A stretch of 64,000 nucleotides of DNA. Source: Balanoglossus misakiensis. Its lineage: Eukaryota; Animalia; Hemichordata. A model generated the notes under the pieces. The model saw only the letters and a list, made by a program, of their open reading frames with translations. It searched no databases and was not told the DNA's origin. The stretch is from NCBI GenBank assembly GCA_040954595.2, contig CM082578.2, positions 5,066,831 through 5,130,830 of the forward strand, read 5' to 3'. Shown here in pieces: positions 25,962 through 40,192 of the stretch (the stretch's first letter is position 1; every line of letters starts with the position of its first letter). The position numbers and the translations under genes are program-made.

Positions 25962-27220
25962 CCTGTTTCATTTGCATATTTCGTAAAAGGTACCATCCTC
26001 GCATTAAACATTCTATTCATGTGCTCGTCCACTGCTACGAGTCGACCCTTTGACTTTCCTAAGATAGCAATATTGATCAGGATGCTGAATATACCTCCAT
26101 ATTGATTTGCTTCAACCATGCAGCAGAGTTTATCAGTTTCAGTTCACCAAATACATGGACAGATAGAAAGGGACTGCTTTAATAGTCAATCTTTGTTTCA
26201 GAAGTCGTTCAGACCTCTGCGTCTGTGTTCAGTAAACTACTGCAGTGTCGACCATCAGGACACCGCTCCTATTATTTCCCATAGGCCTAAATGTAAGGCC
26301 GGTACACAAGTTGACGGGATGACAACAGAGTATCAAGAAGATGTCAAATTCTTTGCTGGTTAAGTCTACAAGAAAGTGATATCGGTGTTTTGTTGACCGA
26401 CAGTTCAAAGCTCACAGGAAGCAAGCACACAAGTTGTGAATCAGGGATCAATACCCTGAGCAATGGGATATACTAGTAGGCCTAATACCATCTTCGATGT
26501 GCGCAAGCGCGAAAAAAAGATCAGATATGGCTATACATGTACTCAGTTTGTCCCCAGTCACAATTCACTACAACTCAGTTTATGACAAAACATTTTCCGG
26601 TTGGCCGTTTTTGTCTGATTTTAAAATTTCCGCCATTAAAGACATTGCATGGAAATAATGCATTAAGTTGCAGAAAATATGACCAAACCGCTTGTCCATT
26701 GAAATTATTTTGTTAGCCCTGGAGTAAAGTAGCTTACGAACTGCCCGAAAAGTGAGTATATATTTGATGTGCAGTCAAAACACTCGCGGTGATGACCAGT
26801 GTACTTTGTTCGTTGCCATAGTATCCGATGAGTACATACATGCAAATTATGGTTCAAACAAGTAAGTCAAAATGCAGGTAGGCGCGTGCACCCGCAGGAT
26901 ATTTCGAAAAATATAAATTGCAGAATTGAAGTTCTGCCTTTTCAGCGTCCTGTTGTTTTTTGTTTGCACACGTTTCCTCGTAACCTGTTCCAGCAACAGT
27001 CAACTCTGCTACTATTAAGCGAGTCACGCTCTTCTCATAATTTGTGGCTGTTTTTTTTTAAATCCTCGTAATGAGCTTAAACTTTAATATGCATGATTGC
27101 GGATACAATTGAACGACTGACAATGACAGAGTGAATGAAAAATGTCGTTTCATTGTTACATTGTAGGGTTACAGTTTTTTTCCCCGGAGAAATCTCGATA
27201 TGCGATTACTATAAGCCGAC

Positions 27221-27495
27221 CATATCATATCATATCATATCATATCATATCATATCATATCATATCATATCATATCATATCATATCATATCATATCATAT
27301 CATATCATATCATATCATATCATATCATATCATATCATATCATATCATATCATATCATATCATACCATACCATATCATATCATATCATATCATATCATAT
27401 CATTTCATATCATATCATATCATATCATATCATATCATATCATATCATATCATATCACATAAAATCACATCACACTACATCACATCATATCATAT
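27221..27495. repeat. (CATAT)n pentanucleotide microsatellite
   Basis: Direct reading. Degenerates to CACAT at the right end. Confidence 0.97.
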
Positions 27496-30195
27496 TAGGG
27501 CATGTATTGTCAGCAACAGTGACTGTGCACGGGTTCAGTTATAGAGGATGAATTTGTTGAGTCATAATGGGCAAGAGCACCGAATAGCGGACATGGCGAT
27601 CAATTAAAGACGACAAAACACTATAGTTTCCGGATACGTGCGTTATGGCACCATAATGGCAAACACTTTCTTGGCTTCGCTTACTAGTAAATGTGAATTT
27701 TAGAGTCGGCTGACGCATTGATCAAGCCAAAGTATTTACTGTGACGAAAGCCTATAAGCTTAATGTTGAAGTTTCTCGTTTCTGGCTGAAATTTGTGATT
27801 TCATAAGACTTTGTGACATTCTCCAAGCCCATGTTTGTGATTTTTGTTTCCTCCGGCGTTCCAATCGACTTTTATGGCGCGACAACTTCCTTACCCCTAA
27901 TTGCTCCATCGCCTGACGACTTCAACAACGAATGACGACTGGAAACAATCACAGACACGGTTTTCGGCGTTCATTGTGTTTGCAAGGGTTCCTATGATCT
28001 TCTAGCAGATGTCGCGTAAGTGCCCAAATGGACGAAATGCAAAAAATAAGCTACGTCATTTGCACACGGAAGTTAAAAATGCAAAAATGCATAATATACT
28101 ATATACCCATTCCATTGAACAGTCAATAGTTAAACGCGGGATAGCCCAGGGGAATAACCATGGTTATGTGGGAGTGGGCGTGCCTGGTGGCGACGGAAAC
28201 CGGACATGACAAACATTCAAAGAAGACAATCTAGCCAACCGAAATACATCGCGAAAACTACCAAAGTATAACCATTTATCTTCCCCTTTAACAGTGACGG
28301 TGGCGTGTAACAGGTGTGGCCGAATTAATATGTAAATGAGCATCTTCTTTACTTTCCATTAATAGGGACTTCACGGCTATTAAGTCATGAACTGATATCA
28401 CCCGACCAAACAGTTATTGTTGTAACAGGAAATTCAAAATGCGTAAATGGGATATATACACAAGTAGGCGAACATCGCTCCACGACCAACCAGAATCGGA
28501 GAGCAATATGTGGATAAGTTAGAACAAAACTTAGTATTGTTACCCACGGGTGATTATGTGTGAGTGTTTACAGTGCCCTTGTTTTGACAACCAGGATAGC
28601 CAGGTGCATTTTGTTTTGACAAATTTCAATGAAGGGCTTATTTTAAGTTCTTTGGCATTTGTGAAAATTTAACAGAAAAGAGACCATTATGTATGTCGTG
28701 TCTTCACAAGAAGTCAAGTTGGCCGCAATCCCCTATTGTAGACTGTGTATAGCGACTGTGTTCTAGTTAATAAGGCACAGATCTTACAAGAATGGGAGTA
28801 GGACCATTCCCATGTAGAAACAGCGCGACAGGGTTTCGCTTGAGTTTCAAAGATTGCAACCACCACTTTTTTAACGCTCATTTGATCAAAAAAGGCGGCC
28901 GGGCAATACAATTTGTAACCAACTATTACTGAATTCAACTCTAAACTTTTGTTACGTGTATCAATATTTAACGACACGTCATTTATGGACAAAAACAAAA
29001 GCTTCATATTCTGGTGTTCTTCTATCGACCGGGGAATATGTTTCAGTTTCAGAGTATATCCTCTTGATCCAAACAGTCCAATCGACAATGTATGGGGGTC
29101 GTTCTGCAACAGGATGCGAGCCTAATAAACACGCCGCTGGGAAATGATATCAATTTTCATCAAGCCGTCAATAATTGGGATCGATTAGCCGTTTTTCTGT
29201 GTTGAAAAGAACTGCCCGATCAGCGCGTCGCAAACATCCTGTATTTTTCGTGCCGTGTACAAAACACATCATCTTACGTCGCCCTACCACCGGCACACAA
29301 TATCCATGTTACGTTGCCTACCAAATGCCCCTATTATCCGCGACGTGTACTCAAAGTAACCAAATCGTGTACCGAACATCTTATTACAACTGTTCATCGA
29401 TCTCCCAACTGTACCCGTGCAGCGGGCGTAACATCTTATTCCACTCGTGTCGGGTTCGGAACGCCATGTTACATCTTTAGTGTACACCGTGTTTGTCGAA
29501 TTACCAAACAGCTTTAACCTGTACATGTACCTATACGATGACACGTTCTATTTATACTGACGGCGTTTGACATCGGTGTTGAACGCAATTACAGATGAAA
29601 TGGATGTATGCGTACATGTATTTGTATTCGTGACAGCGATGGCACGATTGAATGATTCGTCATAATAACGCAGCGTCGTGATTCCCCGGGACAGATTTGT
29701 CGAACCGGAGGGAACAAATGCAAAATTTGCTGCGTGCTAGCGGACGCGGACGAAGACGCCTGCTTTAACCCCGGTGTACATCAAATGAGGACATGAAGTC
29801 CCTTTTATATAAAAATGTGTGCGGATCCACTTTTCCTGACTTTTTTGCTTCTATTCCAACGAATCCCAAAATATCAACTGTTTCATCTTATACGTTTTAT
29901 TGACATGAGAGGTGTTCATTGTAGATGGGGAGTCAATGGCTTCCGTCTTCGCCTTGCTTTGAATTCCAAGATGTATACGGTGTGTAGGATTTCTCCAGTG
30001 GGTGCCACTCACCAACACATAGATGCCTCACTAGAATGGAACTAATGACGTAGACTGATTGCTCAAAGTCTGTGCCTTTGCCAGGACCATTTAAAATGTT
30101 TTGGAATACGGCAATTAATCATAGAAACTACAGGCACTAAATAAGTTGTTGTATTCCTAGCAGATATCCATGCTTACACATGTATGAATCTTTCC

Positions 30196-30232
30196 GTCTC
30201 TCTCTGTCTGTCTCTCTGTCTGTCTCTCTGTC

Positions 30233-30284
<52 letters not shown>

Positions 30285-30300
30285 CCTCTCCCTCTCTCTC
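30196..30300. repeat. (CT)n microsatellite
   Basis: Direct reading. Confidence 0.93.
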
Positions 30301-31807
30301 ACTCACTGAATTCCTCACTAAACAGTTTCAACGGAAAGCAAAACGCCAGGTGTTATTTAAGGATGCACACACCTGTCTGAGAACTGGGAATTTAGAAGTC
30401 GTTGGCATGGGTCTGTTTTGTTGGCTGATTCAATATCCGAAACTTATCTTAGTTGCTAAATTGATTTTTTCACGTATTAACGGCGCGCTGATTGCGAAGA
30501 ACCCCGGCGTGTTCAACAGTTGGACAAGGGAACGAAATGAGCAGAGGTTAGACAACATGAAAGCGAAAGAACAAAGGAACCCATATTGATGGCGAAATGT
30601 CAAGTCGGTGTCCCTAAAATTGCTTAACAGAGAATTTCTCTTAGATGTCATTTTTACATTGGAATGACACGTCAGTGGCAACACTTCTCGAGTTGGTTTA
30701 TGAATGATAAACTTTCTCGTCTTATGGACGTGGTAGCATTTTCCTTTTGGAAGATGGCAGTGCCATTCATATACAGACACTGAATCAGGAGTTACGGCAC
30801 CCGGAGATCAAAGTCACTCAGACTCATAAAGCGCTCACACGCTCGCTGCCTATAGTGTATACGCATGTCTTCGGGCATTTAGTTTTTTTTCACCAAGTGA
30901 GATTATTCCACGCATGGAACATGTGTACAGAACACATTCCCAGCGGCGGACAATGTATTCACTGATTATCACCATTATGCAGTGACGTACATTTCAACGG
31001 CAGGGTTCTCACTTGTTCGGTTTGTTAGCAGCGTCTCTTGCCCTGGAATTGCCGAGTGAGTGTTCTGTTCGGGTATACACTATAATGAGTTGCCCACATG
31101 TAGCGCTACCAATATCGTTCGCTAGCAATTTATCCATAGTGCATCGGAGTGTGTTTAATTTGAGCTTGTTCAAAGTATGATGTTATTAGGGGGGATTGAC
31201 ATGCCATTAGTTTCACTAAATATCTTGCGCCAATCTCAAGCGATGGGTTCGACTCGATCTGTATAGGAATTTCATATTATGCACATGTTTTATAACAATT
31301 TTTAATCCTCCGGGTTCCAAGTCATCACTAATGTCGAAAGTGAGCCACATCGTACACACAATATCCGTGGGGAAAGACATGTAACAATCAAACATACATT
31401 GACATGCCCGATTTCAGCAAACCGCCCTTTTCCCGCGCTTTTGACAATCATGGAGAAGGTAAAGCGAAGTGAAATCGATACAACGTTCTTCGACGAACTA
31501 TGACGAGATGGTTGACGGTCCATAACTCCGAGGTTTCATTCCCCTCATTTCATTCTACACATTAATGTACCATCCGCCGAATTTTATCCAACAGCTACAT
31601 GTAAGCAAACACACGCACGCACGCACAGATACACAGGACTCTGCAAATCGGTTTTGTTCTCTGTGTGCTGCAAAGTGGAAACAAAGGCCGAGTTGTATAT
31701 ATAAAAAAACATGTAAATCCAACCGCTTACCTGACTAGTGGTTGCAAGAGACACTAACGAGAGACGCGTACTTCTAAACCCCGTCACTAGATATTCATGA
31801 AACATAC

Positions 31808-31942
31808 CTTGGTTTCAGGTTATTATACCGTCAGAAACTTCTGATTTGCATAATTTATACACAGAGGTGAGCAGAACACCAAAAAAAAAATCTTTGAGAA
31901 CACGTACGCTCTGACGGAACGTGTGGGTGGCTGCTCTTTATA
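31808..31942 (-). promoter_or_regulatory. Candidate TATA/Inr core promoter and non-coding first exon (about 31912..31808), probably of the secreted-protein gene
   Basis: Minus-strand TATAAA starts at 31942, exactly 30 nt upstream of an Inr-like TCA+1GAG at 31912. It is followed 105 nt later by donor AAG|GTATGT at 31808/31807. The main exon at 17295 has an acceptor and needs an upstream exon. Confidence 0.55.
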
Positions 31943-34585
31943 CGTTCAGGCGATTGCGCAGCCCGTTGCTCTTCAGTTTGACAATATTTCATACATTTTG
32001 AATTTCAAAGTAAAATGTACAGCTTATTAATAAGAGAACTCATTTTTCCTTGTGCTAACTTGAAGTTTATATATCTCTTTGTAATTTTATTTCTCCTTTC
32101 AAATGACATGACAAGTTTGTCGTTTTATGGAAGGGGTTTTTCAAAGAATCGATGGTGTTTCTCTTTCAGGTAAAAAAGCCCACTTAATTAATTGACAAAT
32201 ATCACAGGCTGAATAATGAAAAGGAGTAGATTGATATTAATGTTTCCTAGGCTTTTCAATGAGGATCATTTGCCTTTATATTGCGTCCCTCTAAGGGAAA
32301 GAAGTAAATCGACAATGATTAAGTTAGCAAAGAGCCTGCGGAGAATTCACAGTGCAAATGCACATCGTATGGAGGAATGCCGTGGAATAGACAGATCAAT
32401 GGAATTTACGCAGAACACACTCCTCTCCTCGGATAAGGCCATTGAAGAGAAACATCATATCGTACATGAATATTAGTCCCCCGCCCCAAATGTCGTGTCC
32501 ACGGGTAATTTCCCCCGTCACTCCCCCCCCCCTCCCCAGTGTCTGATTGGTTTCGCGAAACTGACGTATTTAGCGCCTTTGACGTGATCAGCCGTTTGAC
32601 AAAGGCGAGTTTGTGCCCATGCAGCAAGTTCAAAATTAAGAAGATGCGAAAATTGTGGGGAGAAGGCGACTAAAATTAAGCTCGTTGAACAAATTGGTCG
32701 CGCCCAATTAGAGAGTATTGTATCTGGCATCACTCATGTAGCCGTGTTTAAATCGTGTTGCTTTGCATGCCTCTGTCTCAGTTTTGTTTTCTGTCGGTTA
32801 TCTTTATTCATACGGCCAGACAAGGCAAGTCAAATTACGCTGCATGGAAGTCGCGCGGGATTTCCTCGTGCAGGTTTTCCAGCCCAGTGAACAGGTTTAA
32901 TAAGACCGGTACATCCGCACCTCTGACGTGCCGTGATACCCGCTAGACGTCAGGAGCAATCCGAGACCTTCCCCCCCCCCCCCTTCTTTGCCGCCAGTGT
33001 CGCTAAACAGTTCCGCGCGCGGATCCTGCGAGAGCCTATCAAAGCATCACACGCTGAAAAGGGCAGATGTGCGTGAGAGAGAAAACACCAATTACACCTG
33101 ACAAGAAAACTTTCCAGATAAAGAGATTTCTGACCCTGAACGGCGAGCCACCAACACGGATCGCTCTAATGAGGAATTGAAGATGATAGAGTGTCTTAAT
33201 ACTTGCTGGCTGGTTCAAAGGCGTCAGATCCCCGGCCCTGGAGACAAATTGCAAATTAACCTCGCTGTCATTCACTTCATGTTCGCTTGTTTTCTCATTT
33301 CTGCCGTAAATGGTTTCAGAAACAATGGTGGATATCTTAAATCTCGCTGAACATTTTGAAATCAGGTTAAACAAACGGTAACTCCTCCGTTCAGGATAAC
33401 TTTCAATCTGTTCAGACACTGTGTGTATATTTCGACTTCTGGGTGGTTTGTATCGCCGCGCCGCCGGTAAACTTGGAGCTAAAAGACACACGTGTGTGTA
33501 TATGCCCACTACAATAACCGCGTCAGTGATGCGTATTATTTGCCAAACTGGTGGGTTGCTCTGGCCAGATGGCAATCACAGGATCGAGATGTGAATTGGA
33601 TAAGTGCCGCCGATAGACATCACATGTAAATTCTAAAGGTACAACAAAATCCATTTCTGTGGGGGAAAGAACTTCGGTTTAATGTTAACTATAGGTTGTA
33701 CTCGGTTGATTCGTCGCTACTGGCATTCTTGAAAGTAACGGTTACTACTTTCTACGTGTGCGTCCATTATGCGAATTCTACGCAAGGATGCGTGCACTTG
33801 TTATCGGGCGGGGGCTGACGAAATGCTATATTCCTTCACTGTCTCGCTGGGCTAAAAGTTAGACGCGTCCCACCCTTCAGCTAAGTCATTTTCATATTAG
33901 TATATTTCCCAATAAAGTAAATAAGAAATACTGTAGTAAGCGATGCTTAACAAGTAAATGTTGGCAAGCGATAAAAATACTAAAATTTCCCTGCAAGTAC
34001 ATGACTGTATGACAGTTCATTTGACAACTTATTTGACAACAATTTATTCTTCCATGTGATGTGCATTTGCATTAAACCTTTTCTTAAATTTTGTGGTTGG
34101 AAAAATTGAACGGGATACATGTAGTCCATGTCTGCAGCCAAGTTTATGGTGCGAACTTGTCTTTGGAAGAGCGTCACAGCAGGATACAAGAAGTCGCCCC
34201 CACCCCACCGGAAAAGTTCGTCTTAAATCCATTTGCATGGTGTAATTAGTAAGGTCATTTTCAAATGATGAATGAGAAAATGGGGGGGGGGGGCAATTTA
34301 CCCCGCTCTTTTTGTAGTTCAAAGGAACTGACTTGTGAAAAGTAGAGATTTTCAAAAAATATAACTCTTTAATTCCTATGGCCCATCACTCCTAATATTT
34401 TGAAGCTCCCTGCACACAAAAACTGCTGGTAGCAATGATTACAATCAAATGCAGTCACGTCATATCTGACGAAAACACTGATGTCAAATCGGTGTCCTAT
34501 TCCGATTACAGTTAGTTTCCTGTGAGTGGCGGGGCGAGATTCCAATGGCTTCGTCAAATTGAAATGGACTATTACAAGCCTTTAA

Positions 34586-34918
34586 GGTAGTTTGCACCTC
34601 CAAAAACTATACTGTTTCTCATGTGTCATATTCAAGGGAAATTTGTATTATTTTCTCCCGCATTTGAGAATAAAAAATGAGAGTCACCGTGCAAAATTTT
34701 GACTGGTAGCTAGAGCCAAGTGCTTCAAATTTGGAATTCAAAATGGCCGACAATCTCAGTGTTACCTCTAGTGAAGAATGTAGTAGTGATTTTTATGAAA
34801 ACAAGACACTGAACACGGTGTTTTCTGTCTTTTTCTTGAAGACTCATCAGAGACTGTAATGTGGCAGTGCATAAAATGGTTTGGGGGTCATTTTTCAAAA
34901 AATCTGTCTCCGAGGTAC
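34586..34918. mobile_element. Probable degenerate TTAA-type non-autonomous DNA transposon
   Basis: Starts TTAA-GGTAGTTTGCACCTC, with a partial inverse end GAGGTAC near 34912. Internal TTTGGAATTCAAAATGGCCG words recur in fragments near 11960 and 44750. Confidence 0.4.
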
Positions 34919-37900
34919 GACAAGGACAAATGGAACTAAAACCAGACAATTCCCAGGATCCTCTTCACTCAAATGCAAATGAATAAACCAATCGGGCATT
35001 ACAAAGAAAGTCCTAAAGATGTGAGTTCTCTCGTTGCCTTAGCCGTGCAGTTTTCAGAGTGGGCATACAAAGCTTAGCTTCAAGCTCCCAATGAGTGACA
35101 CGAGGGACCATCCGCGCTACAACGTCAACCGGGAGCATTGACTTCCACGTCGTCATGGTAACGCTGTTGGCAGTTTGATTACAAAGGCGCGGAAAGGGTC
35201 AGACAGAGAAGATAAAGTGCGTCTTCAAATTGACAGTGACAACATTTGAGAAGGAAAGCACACCTGCCTAAAGTAGATGGTTGATTAAGTTGACACAGTG
35301 CTGAAGTAGAGATAATACTTAGGCCGTATTGACACTGCTATTCTCAATGTGGGAGATGTATGTGAGCATACTTAGCGTGTAAACCTATCGTTGCACCTGA
35401 AAGTGCAGACGCATCTAACTTATCTGATGGTTTTACAGTGAGATGTTTGTCACGCTTGCTTTTTCTGTTGTTGTGCAAATATCACTCCTTGAACGACAGT
35501 TTCCCTTGTGAACGCATTGCTGGCTGGTGTTTGCGAAGCTGGGTTGGCCTCCAACGCCATAAACCTGTGCACGTACTTCTTCGACTGCTCCGCTATGAAA
35601 CGCGTTCACCGATAACCGTGGCTGATGACGTAAAACCTTGGAATTTGCATGGGAGCAGAGAGTGCGGCGCGCAATGGTTCAACTTTCAAGAGGCGCATTA
35701 ACGGAGTGTCGCACGTAGTGTCGGACACAAGATACATTAGTGACACTGAGAAATGTTATGTTATCAGGAGCATCCGTTGACATGGCGACATGTCATCAAT
35801 TAGTGATAGGGCACAGTTCAGAAAAAAATGAAACTCATTTTCAAAGACGCCAAGTCCGACATGCCCGAAAGTAACGGTACCAGTCCTTTGAGACCGAGGA
35901 TCAGGTTATCCTACTGGTCTTCTGTAGGTGTCTCTATGGAAACCCGCCAAAATAATGAACAAAGCGATACACCGACTAAATCGTTATAGGGGATGTTTCG
36001 GATGCTGTTTGTGGCGGTTTGTAACACGACTAACTACAAAAGCAACTCGATTAAACTTGAATCATGGTTTCATAAAAAAATCTATCGCTAGGTTGGTGGC
36101 GCGAAACTCGGTTGATTGCCGCCATTAAACTATGCCCGATGAGCATAAGACCCATAACAGCAAGGTTTGCACAGGGGTCGAGTAATAGAAGACTAACGGC
36201 TGAGTTATTTGTCACTTAGGTGATTGTACGTCTCAGTGCTTATACCATTTGACCGGTCGCGTGTCTCTACTCAAACAAATTCACGCATTTGCCAAAGTTT
36301 TATTGCCAACCGTGTAACTCGAGAAATGAAAATTAAATAAATAAAGGTAATGCGCCTATGGAGTTAATTTCACTTTGCATGTGATAGTAAATATACTTGT
36401 GGCATAACATCAACCACGGACACTTGAAAACCATACATTTGAACACCATCGGCCAAATATGACAGTTTAGTCATAGACTCCCTCAGTGTGTTCTCGTAGG
36501 AGTGAAAGACGAAGTGGAGAATAAGAGCATTAAAATGAAAGCTGAAATAGAAACTGAATGAAGTATTTAATATCAACCTCTGAAATGTTTTTAGACTGAA
36601 CGATACGTAATCGCTGTCATTTAGTGAATGAAGATATTAGGTCACGTTTTGAATAAGATGTGAGTTTCAAGATGACGTATCGCCTGACGCGATTGTGTTG
36701 TTCATATGTTGCTTATCAAGCCACTTTCAAAGAAACCGCTACCGGTCACGTATCGAACTATCGATTCATAATCGCCTCTTTGTATCATCCGATGCATGAT
36801 CCAATCTTCGCGCCTTTGGATTATTCACGAATTGATTTGCAATGCCCAATTTTTTATATTGCCACTAGCCAAAACTTGTCGACTGAGTCCAGTCGGATCA
36901 AAACGACCAGCCACTGTGAGAATTGCACCACCTAGGCCTATGCCGAATCGATCGTTCCTTCCACGCCCACTTGCACCTCCGGGATCCGGTGCAGACACAA
37001 AATCCGCATCCCAGTTTGATGAGTGCGCACGTGTTTGTAAAAAAAATGCTGCTTATTGGTGAAAAATGGCAAGCTTTGGGACCTTAAACTTTCCATAAAG
37101 TAAGGAGTGAGACTCACTCTTCGCCCACACTTGTCTTCCAATTCTTGGATAAAAACTTACAAATCACCTACTACATAGACATCATCACGGCACTGAGGGT
37201 GGTATCCGACTAATTTTTTTAATAAGACTCATTTGTCTTGACTGTACTGACCCGGATCTAGATACGGATAATAATTACAAATATAAAGCGTGGACCGCTC
37301 AGACAGCGATCAAACACAACAGATATGGAAATATAGTTATACAGTAGTAAGCTGTCCGGGAAAAATACATACACAAAAAATACATCACGTATTTTGTCTC
37401 ATCAATTCCCAGCACTAATTCAATTATCAAAAGAGAATTAGAATTTGAAATGAAGTAAAATTATGGCTTAAATTCCTCCAGAAACACACAGTGTAACTTT
37501 GATAAAGAGAGATTTTACTAGGCACTAAATTCTAATATGTCACCTCTCAGCAGGTAAAAATACTCACAAACCTTGACGAGAGAATAATTGTATACTCTTT
37601 TAGTGATCTTGGCAGAGCAACGCGCTTAATAAAGCCTCGGTGCAGATATGACAAACGGATTCTTCTAAAGTGGGAATGAACACGCTGGCGATACTTCTAA
37701 TTTAGCTAATCTTCCCGATTTAGATCGATTCACAAATGCGCCGAGAATAGTGTTATTCAATCTCAACGGATTCTGTCGTTTGAGGGGCACTTGATGGTGT
37801 AGAATTGCCCACTCGTCCATAAGGTGACCTTTTTGGGGAGGGGTCGTGCACGCTGACCTCTCAAATGGCGGTGCGATGACGTCATCGGCGTTTGGTTGTT

Positions 37901-39112
37901 TAAATGAATGGGGGAATCCTCTGGATTGTGGCGTTGAAGGATCGCTGCAACAGATTCCTTCATAGTTCAACATTGTGTCTTTTTTGTGAGGATACATTGT
38001 CTGGGGCAATCTTAGAAGCCGATCATTAAAATGATGTCTTCTTGCGCGCCCGTGTTTTTTAATAAGGGCGGAAAAACGACAGTGACGGTGCATAATGGCG
38101 ATTATTACAGGCATGGTTATTACGGCAAAGTGTAATTTGCAAGGAGTGGGTTTAGGCAATGTTGGCCGTCGCCCACTCACCAAACACTCCAGTCTTTACA
38201 GAAAAAAAAAACGTGATTGAACTCTGAATGATATTAATCCGAAAATGAGGCGACGTGAAGCACGTTGCACAGAGTTTCTCAAAGTTATTGCCCACAGTTA
38301 ATATTTTGTCGCGAAAGTCGAGGGTTGTTAATTCAGACTTGAACGCCAACACGTAAACTTGTGGGCGTTCACCTCCAAGCAGAAAAGCGCTATATTTTTT
38401 AGCCTAATCGTTGGCAATAGAGCAGCGCTTCATTTGATATCAGCATCGCTTAGAAGCCTCGGCACTTGACTCATTTCACCACATTCACGATTACGGCAGA
38501 AATCCAAGGGCAGTTTCTTATTGTGCTCCTCAACCAACAGACACGTGTGCCTCCTTGTTAATTTGAATAATACAAACAATATGTTAGGGTGCACGCCAAA
38601 ATATTACCAGCACTGTGTCCAGATATCACGTGATTGTTGAGTAAAAAAGCGCCCAACAGCAATAGATCACAAACCTATAATGCTGTTTTTAAAAACAAGC
38701 ATCGCAGTGGTTTTTTGCTTAAAGGTGTTACAATAAAAGATCTAAATGAGGCCTGGCTGGTCTGGCTGGACGATTCGAACTATTATAAATAGAACACAAA
38801 AAGACCTAACGATGGTGTTGGGTTTTTAACAGTTTTACTAAGTTAATACTGTCTTTTACTGACTAATGTCATTTACTATGACTAACTCACCTCTAAAATT
38901 TTGTCAAATTAAGTTCAGTAATAAATCAGTAAATGTGCCTTTGAAGTTGTATTTTTTAAAGTATTTCGTGCATGTAGTGAAATTACGAATGATCAGTTTT
39001 ACAGAAACCAAATAACAAAGAAACAAACTACAATATGATCAGTGTACATGCGAAGAAATCTGGTTTTAAAATGATATCAATGTAACAAAAATCTGGTCAT
39101 TGATGCACACGA

Positions 39113-39113
<1 letters not shown>

Positions 39114-39171
<58 letters not shown>
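39114..39171. repeat. (CAGA)n microsatellite
   Basis: Direct reading. Confidence 0.95.
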
Positions 39172-39173
<2 letters not shown>

Positions 39174-39969
39174 AGTATACGATAGGAGCCTCTGCCAGTA
39201 CACAACTGCTTAAATCATATTCCCAAACCGGAAGAATCAACCCAACGACAGTCAAACTATTCATTTGCTTCAATTTCTTTGCAAAAAGCGTGGCCTGCGG
39301 CGTATACCGTCATGCATTGTGTTCATTTGACAATTCACGTCGGACACAGTTGTAGACACTGGCTAAATTGCAATGGTCGTTAGTTGGGTGACAGTTCGCT
39401 TGCCCTTTCACATTTCAGCATTATATTCATAACTCATCTGCAGAACCATGAAACTGTCAGAATAACAAAACGAGAAATACAAATGCAAACGTTGCTCTAC
39501 TTTCAATGAGAATTATTTTTTACGACGCGGTGCAAGCAACGTATTGTGAAATGGCAGCGGTTGAATGCATGACCAGTTCTAACAAACGAGGGCAATCGCT
39601 ACTATGCAACTTTAACATTAAAACGGGAGCCATCGTTTGTATAAAAATGTCATTACACACCCACACAGCGTTGTTGGGAAAAAAACGAACAGTCGAAAAA
39701 AAAGTTCTTAATGGCTAAAATTTCAATTCCAACTGTCGAGTGAACGATATTACCGCAACAGGAGAGCAAGGGGGATTGACACACATTGGGCACTGACGGA
39801 TTTTAATAAAGGGGTCTACAGATGAGTTTATTTTGTCGTCTTTGTTCGGTGTGTATGTGTCGGGGAGGGTGGGGAGGTCACGGTTAATGTCCAAGTTTCA
39901 AAATTCTGACGCAATCAAAGCAAACTCTACCTCTCGAAAATATTTTTCACACCAAGACGATCACGTGAT

Positions 39970-40192
39970 ATATATTGTCGAGAGGTGTGCATTTATCCGC
40001 CATGTTTAATGATTCCTTTCGGGAACAATTCACCGAGGGGTATGCATTTGTCTGTGCTATTATATTAAACTAAGGAGCAATTCATCAAGAGGGCACTATT
40101 TACCGGGAACAATACATTCAATAAAGAAACAATTCGCCGAGAGGTATGTGTTTACCTGTAACATTACACATTCACTCAAAACGCAATTCCCG
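39970..40192. repeat. Degenerate minisatellite, about 52-bp period, about 4 units
   Basis: Recurring CAATTC...GAG(A/G)GG(T)...TTTA/GyC frame near 39975, 40026, 40078, 40130 and 40184. Confidence 0.55.

Noticed and set aside
25756-26119. Poly-His, poly-Met and poly-Ser ORFs
   Set aside because: (GAT)n microsatellite; the flanks are not coding-like.
27135-27551. ISYHI-repeat ORFs
   Set aside because: (CATAT)n microsatellite.
31225-31260. GGGTTCGACTC B-box-like word suggesting a tRNA or SINE
   Set aside because: No cloverleaf or A-box could be built around it.
33039-33575. 178-aa minus-strand ORF
   Set aside because: Non-ATG start, no recognisable motif or codon bias, no convincing splice sites. 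Lies just upstream of the candidate promoter.
37665-38183. 172-aa minus-strand ORF
   Set aside because: No recognisable domain; composition looks random.
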